This document shows positions 1-12,260 of a stretch of DNA of 64,000 nucleotides, piece after piece. How positions within the stretch are numbered: the first letter of the stretch is position 1; the number at the start of each line of letters is the position of its first letter. Made by a program: the position numbers and the translations under genes. The notes beneath the pieces are model-generated. The model was not told where the DNA came from and did no database searches. It saw only the letters and a program-made list of their open reading frames with translations. The stretch comes from Stegostoma tigrinum. Its lineage: Eukaryota. The stretch covers positions 39,089,830 to 39,153,829 of the forward strand of contig NC_081365.1 in assembly GCF_030684315.1 (NCBI RefSeq), read 5' to 3'.

Positions 1-640
1 TCTACTTCCTTTTACCATTCATCTAACAGGTTTTTCAATTCTTGATTGTTTTGTCAATGGAAACAGTCCCTGCCTTTCTACCCTATTCAGACCCCTCCCC
101 TGACTTGAACACATCTACCAAATCTCCTCTCAAACTTCTCTAAGGAGAACAACCCCAACTTCAAAGATGGCAAACATGAGATTACACAGCTGCCACATAC
201 TAACACATCGCAACGGATGATTGGTAGGCAAAAAGTAAAGGAACAGTGGGCTAATATAAAAGAGGAGATGGTGCACATTAGGTGAAACTACATCCCCCAT
301 GACAGTCAAAGGCATGGCAATCAAAGCCAGAGGTCCAAGGATGATGAAATACATAGAGGCTGGATATTTGCTGCAGCTGACACATCGACCGAGGAATCTG
401 AGGTTGCATGCTGCTCCTTAACATGGGGAACCATGTGCCCAGGTCATTATTAAATGCTCAGAATATCTCAGAGCCAGACTGCTGCTGAGGTCCTGCCAGC
501 ATTGAAACATGCACCTACTAATAAACTGGAGCAGCTGCCACTGGCAGTGGTCTATCACACTATCTTTTGTCCATGAGAAAAAACATAAGAGAGGATCCAA
601 AGAGGTGAAGAATTAACCCATCTTCACATCATTGCCTCAA

Positions 641-2432
641 AAGAACATAGAACATTGAACCGTACAGCAAGCCCTTCAGCCCATGATGTTGTGTGGAACT
701 TTTACCCTAAACCTAAGGTCTATCTAATCTCCACCCTATCTTATACTATCATTCATATGCCTATCTAGTAGCCACCTAAATGCCCCTAATGAGGCCGACT
801 CCTCTACCCTCTAATGCATTCCATGCCCCTACCATTCTCTGAGTAAAGAATCTACCTCTGATATCTGCCCTATATCTACCTCCACTCACTTTAAAACTAT
901 GTCCCCTTGTAATAGCTACCTCCACCCTAGGAAAAAGTTTCTGGCTGTCTACTCTATCTATACCTATGATCATTTTATACACCTCCATCAAGTCACCTTC
1001 AAAAGAGAAAAGCCCTAGTTGTCTCAGCCTTTCCTTGTAAGACCTTCCCTCCATTCCAGGCAACATTCTGGTAAATCTCCTCTGCCCCTTTTTCAATTCT
1101 TCCATATCTTTCCTGTAATGAGGCAACCAGAACTGGACACAATACTCCACATGTGGCTGAACCAGGGTTTTGTTAAGCTGGAGCATGACTTCACGGCTCT
1201 TGAACGCAATCTCTCTATTAATGAAAGCTAACACACCATATGCCTTCTTAACAACTCTATCCACCTGGGTGGCATCTTTCAGTGAACAGTGAACCCTGAG
1301 ATCCCTCTGCTCTTCCACACTGCCAAGAATCATTCCGTTAACTCTGTATTCTGCTTTCAATTTTGTCCCTCTAAAATGGAACACCTCACACTTTTCAGGG
1401 TTAACTCCATCTGGCACTTCTCAGCCAAGCTCTGCATCCTATCAATGTCCCTTTGTAACCTGGAACAGCCCTCCGCAATACCACAACTCGACCCACCTTC
1501 GTATTGTCCGTGAACTTACTAATCCACGCTTCCACTCCTACGTCCAAACCATTTACAAAAATCACAAATAGAAGAGAACTCAGAACAGATCCTTGTGGTA
1601 CACCACTCGTAACTGAGCACCATGTTGAATATTTTCTGTCCACTACCACACTTTGTCTTCTAAGGGTCAGCCAATTCTGAATCCAATCTGCCACATTTTC
1701 CCCTATCCCATGCCTCCTTACTTTCTGCATGAGCCAACCATGGGGAACCTTATCAAATGCCTTACTTAAATCCATGTATATCACATCCACTGCTCTACCC
1801 TCATCCATGTGTTTGGTCACTTCTTCAAAGAATTCAGCAAGGTTTGTGAGGCATGATTTACCCCTCACAAATCCATGCTGACTATTACAAATCAAACTAT
1901 GCTCTTCTAAGTGATCATAAATCCTAACTCTAAGAACCCTTTCCAATAATTTGCTCACCACTGACGTAAGACTAATTGGCCTGTAATTCCCAGGGTTATC
2001 CCTGTTCCCATTTTTTGACCAAGGGAATGATGTTTGTCTCTCTCCAATCTTCCGGCACAATACCCATGGACAGTGAGGATGAAAAGACCATTGCCAAAGG
2101 CCCTACGATCTCTTCCTTCACTTCCCATAGAGTCCTCGGATAAATCCCATCAGGCCCTGGGGACTTATCTATCTTCAAGTTCCTCAAAATTCCTATACAC
2201 CTTTCTTACTAGCATCTACCTCCTCTAGCCTACCAGCCTGTTTCACATTGTCTTCCCCTACAACTAGTTCCCTCTCAGCTGCGAATACCGAAGAAAAGTA
2301 TTCATTAAGGACCTCTTCTATCTCTTTATGCTCCGTGCATGAATTCCCTTTACAATCCTTGATCGGCCCTACCCTTTCTCTGGTCATTCTGTTATTCTTC
2401 ACGGAAGTGTAAAAACCTTGGGGATTTCCTTG
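641..2432 (-). mobile_element. CR1-clade LINE (HER1-like), 5'-truncated, ORF2 RT broken by frameshifts
   Basis: ORFs 2193-2402, 1996-2187, 1401-2060 and 776-1417 give CR1 ORF2 motifs (KSPGPDGIYP, NYRPISLTS, QHGF, DLSKAFDKVPH, SGVPQGSVL, YCVQFW). A 3' microsatellite-like tail lies near 641-660. Confidence 0.95.
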
Positions 2433-2744
2433 AAGTGGAAGAGAGAGTATGAGTCATAATCATACACCATGAAGATATCAGTCAAGGAAAAATTGGCACT
2501 CATCTTAGAGATGAGATTGTAAATGACTTTGCACTTATTAAGGAATTGCCAGACACAATTTTCATTGGAAAGCCTCATTCCAAGAGAAGCTTCTACTCTC
2601 CAATGCCAAATGTCATGATCTCCTCTAACACGCAGGTGCTAATGTCCACATAAGGAGATTTGTCCCTCTCCATCACTGGGCCAACAAGATCAGCAAATAT
2701 TCACCATCATACCTTACAAATGCACCACTTGTGCATTGCAGATA

Positions 2745-2945
2745 TAATCATAGAATCCCAACAGTGCAGAAAGAGACCAAACAGCCCATTGAGTCTGCAC
2801 CAACCCTCAGCATCCCACTCAGACCGCCCCCCTCTGTTTAACCCCATAACACTGCATTTACTATAGCTAAACTATCTAATCTGCATGTTTCTAGGCACTA
2901 TGGGGCAAGTTAGCATCAATCCACCTAACCTGCACATTTTTGCAT
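2745..2945 (-). mobile_element. HE1-type V-SINE fragment
   Basis: Matches the other HE1-like copies (e.g. caatccacctaacctgcacat, atcatagaatccc tail). Confidence 0.7.
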
Positions 2946-3598
2946 TCAACTTGGTGGATTCTCATGTGCAATTAGCTCACTGACACTGGGTGAAGAGCAT
3001 AAAAACACCACGCAGAATATTGCAGAGGTAGATTTGGGCAAGTCTCCCTGAAGAAGGGAGGACAGACACAGCCTTGCTGAGCTATGCAGATGCAGAGTCT
3101 CAGGAATGGAGCTTCTACCTTGTAATTTAGAAGCATAACTTCTGCTACGGCTATCCTAAGGTGGTGCAGGATTGTGAGCTAAAAGTGGAAGAATCCATCC
3201 AGCCAGTTCATGTGAATGGCTATGGCTTAGGGGCTGTGTGTGCATAAGCCTCTCCATTGAGTGAGTGGTGAGCCACATAGCAAGTGAAACTGTTAAGTGA
3301 GTTATCCTTTAGACATACAGTCAGTGATACACAAAGCGAGCAAAGCATGGGGCAACTCCAGATGTATAAAGCAATGAACAACAAACAAAGCATTCAGACT
3401 ACCAAAGTTAGTAGCTAGAAGCCATACTATCAGAGGCCTTAGGTGATAGAACAGACAATGCCAATGAAAGACTGTGGGAAACAAAGATAATATGGGACAT
3501 GCGGATCAAAAAGTGTGGGAATTGTAATATGTGTGCTTCATCAGTATAAAACTTGAAGATTTTCTGTAACTCAACACACTGAGCTTTAACCTTCCCCT

Positions 3599-3657
3599 TC
3601 ATATAAATGATTGCTGCTTTGTTTTCCTGAAGTCTTGTATCAATCTATTAAGTGCAC
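3599..3657 (-). CDS. Probable terminal coding exon of VJ gene 1: (G)ALNRLIQDFRKTKQQSFI*
   Basis: Minus-strand acceptor ...actaatggctcactcttttAG|GT. It is in phase 1, matching the V-exon donor, and is open to TGA at 3601-3599. No hydrophobic TM exon was found between it and the V exon. No canonical polyA signal was seen nearby. Confidence 0.5.
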
Positions 3658-5814
3658 CTAAAAGAGTGAGCCATTAGTTTCAGCACCTTCAATGCATAAA
3701 GGAACTGTCTATTGATGTCCACAGGATGGAGCCTCACATTAAGTTTTCTAGTTTTGTCAGTGGCATTGGCAGCACATTAATATTTTGAGAGGATATCAGT
3801 TGGGCCCCTCCTGATTCTCTCCTCCAGACATCCAAGAGCACAGGAGTGAGGGTGTCACCAAGGCGTTCCGAAGAGGTGACTGTCTTTGTGCCTGTGCAGC
3901 AGGGCCAAGGTGAGGAGGCTCCCCCTGCAATGATTCAAAAGCAGTTTCCTTTGGAGATTCTCCCATCCATACATCCATGATGAGGTTAACCACCACAGAT
4001 GACTCGTCTAAGATAAGTCAGCAGGATGCTCCCACCTTCTTTCAAAGAGAGAACCACATAGAATCAGCCAAGGGCAAAGGCTACTCTGTTAGGCAAAGAT
4101 AACAAGGTGTAGAGCTACAAGGTGTAGAGCTGGATGACAAAAATCCAACTCTCCACCTTGTTATCTCAGATTCTCCAGCATCTGCAGTTCCTACTATCTC
4201 TGTTAGGCAGAACATTGAGTGAGTCATTGTGTTTTCTCCTTGCTGCTTGCAATGTAATAATCTTTTCTAAATATAATAAAAATACTGACATTTGAAGGCA
4301 TGGGTATGAGTCTCCCTTTTTTGATGGTAAAATGTGAAGAAGGGTATAAAGTGGTGAAAGAGATAAAGAATTCCTCAGCAGTAATGCCAAAGGACAATGT
4401 GCATCATTCCTTGGCAGTGTGTACATGTTCCAGGCTGCGTTAGTGATGCCAAGGGATTTTTTTTGTTTTTGTTTGTTCATTCATGAATGTGGACGTAACT
4501 GGCTAGGCCAACATTTATTGCCTATCCTTAATTACCAGTGGGCAGTTAAGAGTTAACAACATTTCCGTGGTCTGCAGCCACATATATGTCAGTTCGGATA
4601 AGGACTGCAGTTTCCTTTTCTAAAGGACATAAGTGAACTAGACGGATATTTACAACAATTGACACTCAATAATCGTTGGCTTGTTTTAAAGTTCTAGATT
4701 TTTATTGATTCAAATTGATTCAAAGACTTTAGGGAGATTCCTAGAACTTTCTAGATGAGGGGCTTTACTGAAGTTTGGATAAATTGAAGAAGATTGTTCT
4801 CCTTAAAGGGAAGGTTGAGAGAAATTTTGATAGTATCAAACATCATGAGAAGCCCAGAGTAGAGATAGTTTCCATTGACCAAAGTTGTGGGGACCAGAGG
4901 ACACAGAGGAAAACATTTTTTTAAACTCAGTCTGTGGTTAGAGTCTGCAATACACTGCCTGAAAAGTTAGCAGAAGCAAATTCAACAGTGGCTTTCCAAA
5001 GGCATTTGGGTAAATACTTTGGGGTTGGGTAAAAAACCTCCAGTAATAGCATATATTTCCAAAATATTAACCAAAGGACATGTGCTGCTGCTTCATTGTG
5101 CTTTAATGTTGTTGAAATTCTAAGAAGGAACACATTACTTTGTGTGTGATTGCATCTTACATCTGAAACAATTTCTCCAAAGTACTAACCTGCCTTTGTA
5201 GCTACGTGTATTTCTGTGCACATTTTTGTGGCAGTTTAATCACCAACTAGTGAACACGATTTCACAAGCTATTTAGTGCTCTTGTAGTGCAGTGACAGCA
5301 TAACTTGAGCTGGGCCTGGATTCAAGTCCCAACTACTTCAGTGGTGTATTATAACGGGATGATTAAAACTTTTATAAAAGGCTCTCAGTTAAATTTGAGC
5401 TGGAGACATTCACTGGAAATGGCTGACGAGTGGAAAAGGACACGAGTTCTGACGAAGAGTAACCAGACTCTATGACCTTAACTCTGCTACCTGCTCACAG
5501 ATGCTGCCAGACCTGCTGAGCTTTGCCAGCAATTTCTGTTTTTGTGTTGGAAAAGAATTGCTGATTTAATGCCCAAATGCGTACTAGACAGAGCACCACA
5601 CAGTGGGAAATGTTCCACGCCACTATCAGAACAGCCTGGAGGGAGCTCTTTTAGGCTAGATTACAGACTTTCTCATAGTTTCATAATAATAGCTCATAAA
5701 CACTGCAAGTCCGGCCATTCAGGATTTTCAGATGTACGAAATTTGCTTTTTTTGGTATCCAAATCAATACCTAACCCAAACTATAGGCAGTTTCATTGAG
5801 ATATTTTCCCTTAC

Positions 5815-6162
5815 CTTGAACAATTAGGTGAGTGCCAGGGCCAGTGATCTTGCTCAGTTGTGAACCTTCACGAATGACCATGTTGCAATAATACAAACCA
5901 ATATCAGGATAGCGAAGACCTTTAATGAACAATATGCTGTGAAAATTAGGCATGTTGCCACTGAAGAAACTGAAACGACTATCCTCCTCAGTACTGATAT
6001 TTCTCACTTGCTTTTCACCAAATTCACTTTGGTAATGCCAGTAGAAATGGCCTTTCACTGCTTTGCCTTTGTATTGTAGAACGCAACTGAAACGGGCAGA
6101 GTGGTTTACCCGTAACCTCAGTAATGAGGGAGATTGTAGCAGCTCCAGTTCAGTGGCAGCAC
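5815..6162 (-). CDS. VJ gene 1 exon 2: single-exon germline-joined V-set Ig domain, NKp30/NCR3-like
   Basis: 348-nt phase 1-1 exon (tataatAG|GT ... CAAG|gtaagg) encoding (C)AATELELLQSPSLLRLRVNHSARFSCVLQYKGKAVKGHFYWHYQSEFGEKQVRNISTEEDSRFSFFSGNMPNFHSILFIKGLRYPDIGLYYCNMVIREGSQLSKITGPGTHLIVQ(G). It has the B-strand Cys, C-strand Trp, DxGxYYC and a J-type GxGTxLxV. Confidence 0.92.
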
Positions 6163-6274
6163 CTATTATAACACAATTTTGAAGTTAGTAAAAAAAAGAA
6201 CCATTCTAATAAACGTGCACAATACTAAATAGTTAATTATGCATGTTACTTAGAAGTAGAATCAATGTACTTAC

Positions 6275-6308
6275 ACACCGAATACAACAGCAATGTAATA
6301 ATCAACAT
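6275..6308 (-). CDS. VJ gene 1 exon 1: signal-peptide (leader) exon MLIITLLLYSV(C)
   Basis: ATG at 6308, hydrophobic codons, a phase-1 donor T|GTAAGT and a 112-bp intron to the V exon. This is the classic IgSF split-leader arrangement. Confidence 0.88.
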
Positions 6309-6324
6309 TATGCCTTCGTCACAG

Positions 6325-6410
6325 TGATAGGAACAACCACAGCTTCTGACTGAATAAAAGCAAGTGAGACACAATTTTGCAGCAATTACAGTTCCTCTTC
6401 CGTAACGGAA
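6325..6410 (-). promoter_or_regulatory. Putative promoter of VJ gene 1 with RUNX (TGTGGTT) and ETS/PU.1 (GAGGAACT, CGGAAG) motifs
   Basis: The motifs are read on the minus strand within about 100 bp upstream of the ATG. Function is inferred. Confidence 0.4.
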
Positions 6411-7873
6411 AACTCTTTTCCTAGAATAAAGTTGTTTTCAGAAATGTCCCTTATTTTTCTTTGAATATTCAATTGACAAATCTGTCTGGCCCATGAATTT
6501 CTGAGAATTTAAAGAACATTTCCAAAAATCTTCTCATTAGTTGATAATGGACAGTCAGGTCAATGATGGTTTTTTTAATGTAATTTTACATTCTTCTCAT
6601 TTCGAGGTTACGTTTTGGCACCAAACGCCCTATCTGATTGTCTGTACAGAATGTTACTTGGACCAATTCCACCAGAACAGAAAAGACAATGAAATGAGCT
6701 CACAAAATTTTATACGATCAATGTGGTGAAAGGTGATAGCTTATTTGGCTGAGTTGGAGAGTCAATGACAAGGGTTGATCAATTTAAAATAACAACAAAG
6801 AAAATGAAGAGAGACTAGGAGAGATATATTTATAGAGCAGGTTATTAATGGTTACCATGCCTCTTCATTGTGAGTAATTGTATTTTTAAATACAATGTAA
6901 ATGTATATTTGGAGCAAATTGGGAGCAGAGATATTAATTTCATAATGAGAAATACGCTGTTGGAAATATTTCAGAAAGCCAGGGAACATCTTACAGAAAG
7001 ATGCATGTTTCAAGTCACTGATCTTCCATCAGGTTTCAAATTTCCAGCACCTGCAGCATTGTGCTTTGTATTAGATTTGGAAGTTAGCACAGATATCATG
7101 GTCTAAAAAGCCTGAAACCTGTGCTGGTATCCCTTTTTGGTTCTATAATGTCATGAAAGGTGATTGAGTACATGCAAAGCAAAAATTTTGCCATTGTTGG
7201 AACTTAACCTCTTGCCTCCATTTTGTTGTTGCAACCAAATTAGTTGTTGGTAGTAGGGAAGTTGAGAATTTCTGAGTACAACTTGAGACAGGCTTTGAAG
7301 CTTTTTCTGTTGCACTCATCAGGACAAATGCAAGGATACCAAAATTCAAGGGGAGTAATAATTTATACTTCATGAACAATTGGTCCAGGTTAGTTGCTAA
7401 ATCAATTCTGACTGGTAGAACCATTGTTGTGAAGGGTGCCCAAGGACATTATTGTCACCACACTTTTTTTAATTCAATAAGATACAATGACTGGACTTTT
7501 TTCTGCTTACAGAGGACAAGTCATTTATGTGAATATATGTAGCTTCTAACAAGTATGAATGAACCACATTGCAAGCCTGACTGATAAACCTAAATTGTTT
7601 GTTTGCATAATTTTCAAGTAATTGTGAATGTTCAAGAAATGCTGTCCAATCACAGAATCACATTGAAAGCTAGATATGAGGCAGAATCTTATGACAGCCT
7701 GAATGGTGTGGACTGTTGGAGGAAATGTGGCACAATTGTTCAATAAATCCAGTGAGGGAGGCCTACCTCAACACTGGAAGTAACCTGTTATATTTGTTAA
7801 CTGAGATCTGGGTATTGAGGTGAGATTCTCACTAGGAAGCAGTGATTGTTGTGAAGCTTCATCGGAGGCTGCG

Positions 7874-7907
7874 CTGATGATGTTACCCAGCAGGGTAATG
7901 AAATGTC
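7874..7907 (+). ncRNA. Minimal hammerhead ribozyme core in a short PLE-type repeat (family C)
   Basis: CTGATGA-T-GTTACCC[AGCA]GGGTAAT-GAAA-T-GTC: conserved CUGANGA and GAAA boxes, a 7-bp stem II and a GUC triplet. Confidence 0.65.
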
Positions 7908-9049
7908 TGTGGAATAACAAAGCAGCTCGGCGAGGCAACCAACCACAATATCCACAACCCAAGTTACAAATCAATTCTGAAACCTTGGAACAGTGCTGTG
8001 TTCATCCAGCTCTACACCTTGCTATCTAGCAGTGATTGCTTATTGAGGGTGATTATTGCTTGTTAACAATTTTATTAAATGCACATCTCACCTCATTAAA
8101 ATGTATCTTTCCATCTTACCTTCCACTGCAAACAAATTAGATGTCAGTAAATCTCAACATGAAAATCAGGCCAAGAATCTTCCAACATTAGCTCTCCACT
8201 GGCTGCTAAGAATCTCTATGTTGGGCCACCAGCATCAACATCTCAAGGCACACTTCATAGGCCCTAGTCATGTACATCCCATGTCAAAGGATGTGTGCCT
8301 CGAAGGAGCTTTGTAACACATGTCCAATCGCGAACTGTGAGTTTATGCACTTCAATGTGCACCTTGGGTGAAAGCAGCAAATGCCAGTATAAAGTTGCAG
8401 CAAGGCCACTCTAAACTCACAAACACAGAACCCAGCTCAAGGACTTTCATCTCTGAACTGTTTTGCTTGCTCTCATGGTGCTCACTCTCCTTGACTCAAT
8501 CTGGATACCTACAGTATCCTGCCTTGCCTTGCATTTTTATTCTTTATCCCCTCAATGATCAGTACCAGGCACACAGTACTTCTGCCTTGCTGTTTTGTGC
8601 AGGCACAAAGCCAGGAAACCTGTCATGCTTGATAGTCATCTTCAGTCAAGTCAAGGCCTTTGATCATAGGGTCCCAACAAATACATTAAGGCCAGTTTTC
8701 AATACCAATCTAGAGGCTGCACGTGGTCAGTCAGCCACGCAGTGCAGAGTCAAGATCCTCTCTTCAAAAGGGATGAGGATTTTTACTTGAGACGGACTGG
8801 TGTTAAGGGAGATGAAAGTGGGTGGCACACCCATTACATCTGGTGTCGGTGGGCTGGTGTCCCAACCCAGAGAGTAGGGCAATGCAGAGGACATGCAGGG
8901 TTCGTGGTGTTGTTGGTTTGATTGGGTGTGAGCAAGTGAAGGAAGATGTTGCAGGTAGTAATGAGAGCAGTAGAGTATGAGCCATGGTGGATGGTGGATA
9001 TGGCAGTAGAAGCAGAGTGAGCATGAGTTATCAGAAAGAAGATAGTTGC

Positions 9050-9250
9050 ACTTGTACTAATGGAGCGAAGATGTCTTTCTTCCAATATTGCTGGGCAGTG
9101 GCTAAGACTGCACTGAGTTGGATGACAACCTCAGGTTGAGATGGTCTGGCGTTGAGGTTTCTATTGCTAGTCCCGGGGAGTGGGGATATCCCCCTCTGCA
9201 CCACCCTGACCAGCAGAAGATCCAGGTCCCTACTGACTTTCTCTTGCCAT
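9050..9250 (-). mobile_element. Degenerate Myb/SANT-like remnant, possibly Harbinger-derived
   Basis: Frame-broken translation gives DLDLLLVRVVQR...EVVIQLSAVLATAQQYWKK, reminiscent of Harbinger Myb/SANT ORFs. Confidence 0.35.
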
Positions 9251-9649
9251 ATATGGCTGGGGAGAAAATGTCAGGAAATATGCTGGGCAGATCCAGTCAA
9301 ACAGTGCTTGTCCAGGTGCATTACACTGTTTTAAAGATGGCACCTCTTCAGGGATACCCTTGCAATGGTGAGTCCTTCTAGGTACAGCATTTGGTATAGT
9401 GGGGTTACAATTGAGTTGGGGTACCAAGGTGTATTAAGATTAAATGTTCACATAGCAAAAACAGAGTAAATTACACTTATTTCTCTTCATTGATTGTGTT
9501 TGGCCTTGTTTTGCAAAGTGAAAAATATAAGGTGTAACCATGATTGGTATGTGTCTAAACTGTTTTTATTAAGTCCTAAGAAAATGAAATCCTTTAAAAA
9601 CCCGGAAGTGATTGGATATAATAGTTAATGATAGGGCACACAAAAAAAC

Positions 9650-10850
9650 AGTAGCAGACATAGACCACTCAGTTCCATGAGGTTGGCCTGCCATTCGATA
9701 AGATCACAATTCATGTGTTTGTGTTTCAAATGCAACATTACCATCTACCCTGATAACAGTTGATTCCCTTGCCAAACAAAAATCTATCAGCTTCTGCTTT
9801 AAAAATATTTAATAACTCCTCCTCATCTGCCTTCTGAAGTAGAGAGATGCAAAGTCACACAATCCTCTGAGAGAAAACAAAATTCCCCTAATCGCTAAAA
9901 GTTTTAAAAGGGTGATTCCAAGTTTTAAAATAGTGCCCCCTAATTCTGCACTAACTCACAAAAGGAAACATTCTCTACATGTCCACATTGTCAAGTCCAG
10001 TTAGGATCTTATACACTTCAATCAAGTCACCCAACACTGTTCTGAACTTCAGTAGAAACAAGCCCAACCTGTCCAAACTACCTTGATAAGAAAACACACT
10101 CATTCCAGGTAGCAATCCAGTAAACCTTCTCTGAATTACCTCCAATGCATTTACATCCTTCATTAAATAAGGAGAACAAAAGCTGCACACAGAATTCAAG
10201 AGGTACCACCAATACCCCGTGTAGCTGAAGTATTACCTTCCTTAGTTTCTGTTCAGTTTATCTCGTAATAAAGGGTAGTGTGCCGAGGTTTCTTGACACG
10301 TGCTGTGCCAGCCAATCTCATAACCATGCTAGTTTGTTACGCCAATCAGTCCACACTGACCCTTGCAGCATCCCACCCATACCCATCTCCCTATAACCCA
10401 CACACCCCTGAACACTACAGGCAATTTGGCATGGCCGATCCACCTAACCTGCACATCTTTGGACTGTGGTAGGAAACCGGAGCACCCAGAGGAAACCCAC
10501 GTAGACACAGGGAGAATGTGCAAACCAAACAGACTGCATTTTTGTAAAGATCTTTGCTGTGGCACCTTATCAAGTGCCTACTAGAAATCCAAGTACATCT
10601 GAAGGTTCCTCTTTATCCACAAGACATGTTACTCCTTCAAAGAACTCCAAGAAATCGCTTAAGCACCAATTCCCTTTCAGGAAACCATATTTAATTGAGC
10701 CGCTATAATCTCTTCAATGATCAATTCTAATATTTTCTCTCTGACAGATAAGGCCTTTCTCCCTTTTTGATGGGTCATATTTACAACTTTCTAGTCTCAT
10801 GGAATCTTTCCTGAATCAAGGGACTTTTGGAAAATTAACCAGCATATCTA
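9650..10850 (-). mobile_element. Old CR1 LINE fragment, interrupted by a SINE segment at 10348-10534
   Basis: ORF 9975-10199 (SPYLMKDVNALEVIQRRFT...DLIEVYKIL) plus a degenerate RT region near 10550-10700. Confidence 0.8.
10348..10534 (-). mobile_element. Internal segment of an HE1-type SINE, exact inverted copy of 11088-11274
   Basis: The reverse complement matches 11088-11274 by eye over 187 bp, and both give the same ORF-track peptide. Confidence 0.9.
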
Positions 10851-10854
10851 AAAC

Positions 10855-12260
10855 TGGATGTGATCTATTTGAATTTCAGGAAGACTTTTGACAAGGTGCC
10901 ACACAGGAGACCGCTGAATAAGAGCCCATAGTATTAGGGGCAAAGTATTGGCATGGATAAAGGATTGGCTGACTGGCAGAAGGCAGAGTAAGGTTAAAAG
11001 GATCTTTTTTGTGACAGTGGCACAGTGGCTAGCACTGCAGCCTCACAGCGCCAGGCAGCTCAGGTTTGATTCCGCCCTCGGGCAACTGTCTGTTTGGTTT
11101 GCACATTCTCCCTGTGTCTACGTGGGTTTCCTCTGGGTGCTCCGGTTTCCTACCACAGTCCAAAGATGTGCAGGTTAGGTGGATCGGCCATGCCAAATTG
11201 CCTGTAGTGTTCAGGGGTGTGTGGGTTATAGGGAGATGGGTATGGGTGGGATGCTGCAAGGGTCAGTGTGGACTTGTTAGGCCGAAGGGCCTGTTTCTAT
11301 GCCATAGGGATTCTATGAATATTGGAGTTCTGCAGCGGTCAGTGTTGGCACTACAATTATTTAAATTAACAATCTGGATGAAACTGAGGTCTTTGTTGCT
11401 AAGTTTGCAGATGACACAAACGTAGGTGGAGGGACAGATAGTGTTGATGAAGGAGGGAGGCTGCACAAGGACTTGGGCAGGCTAAGTGAGTGGACAAAGA
11501 AATGGCAGATGGAATGCAATGTTGGAAAGTGTAAGGTTATTTACTTTGGTAGGAAGAGAGGGATGGACTATTTTCTAAACCGAGAATGGCTTTGGATATC
11601 AGAAGCACAAAGGGGCTTAGGAGTTCAATATCAGCATCCTCTTAACGTTAACATTCAGGTTTAGTTGGCAGTTGAGAAGGTAAATGTAGTGTTAACATTC
11701 ATTTCAAGTGGGCTAGAATGTCCTACTGAGGTAGACTGCATTTGGAATATTTATAGCAGTTTTGGGCCCCATCTCTAAAGATGGTATGTTGGTATTGGAG
11801 GGTGTCCAGACGAAATTTTCAAGAATGATCCTTGGGTTGCAGCGTTTGTCATATGAGGATCTGCTAAGGACTATGCTTCCGTACTCGATGGAATTTAGAA
11901 GGATGATTGAGACATACACAATACTGAGAAGCCTGGATAGGCTGGACATTGAGATGATGTTTCCACTAGTAGAGAAGACCAGGAACTGAGGGCACAGCCT
12001 CAGAGTGAAGGATGACCCTTTAGAACAGAGACGATGAAAAATCCTTTTTTAGCCTGATGGGTAGGTAACCTGTGGAACTTATTGCTGTAGAAGGCTGTGG
12101 AGGCCAAGTCATTGAGTGCATTTAAAACAGAGATAGATAGGTTCTTGATTAACGAAAGGATTGAAGGTTATGGAGAAAAAGGCAGGAAATGGGGGTTGAG
12201 AAACAGATCAGCCATAACAGAATGGCAGAAAAGACTGCTCCTATATCTTATGGCCTTAAC
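10855..12260 (+). mobile_element. CR1 LINE fragment with an inserted HE1 SINE
   Basis: FDKVPH, KFADDT, KWQMECNVGKCKVIYFG and LEGVQTKFSRMILGL motifs in broken frames. Confidence 0.85.
11012..11318 (+). mobile_element. HE1-type V-SINE, near full length
   Basis: tRNA-like head (gtggcacagtggctagcactgcagcctcacagcgccagg...ggtttgattcc), V-domain core (gtgggtttcctctgggtgctccggtttcc) and a LINE-derived 3' tail (gattctatga). Confidence 0.9.

Noticed and set aside
4927-5215. Alternative third or TM exon for VJ gene 1 (acceptor near 5163; 24-nt microexon near 5190-5213)
   Set aside because: The hydrophobic stretch is interrupted by charged residues and runs into an antisense CR1 tail. The two candidates are too close to both be exons. 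Not excluded without RNA data.
6320-6358. CACAGTG heptamer next to the start of VJ gene 1
   Set aside because: The nonamer match is poor and the position is incompatible with V(D)J joining; probably chance.
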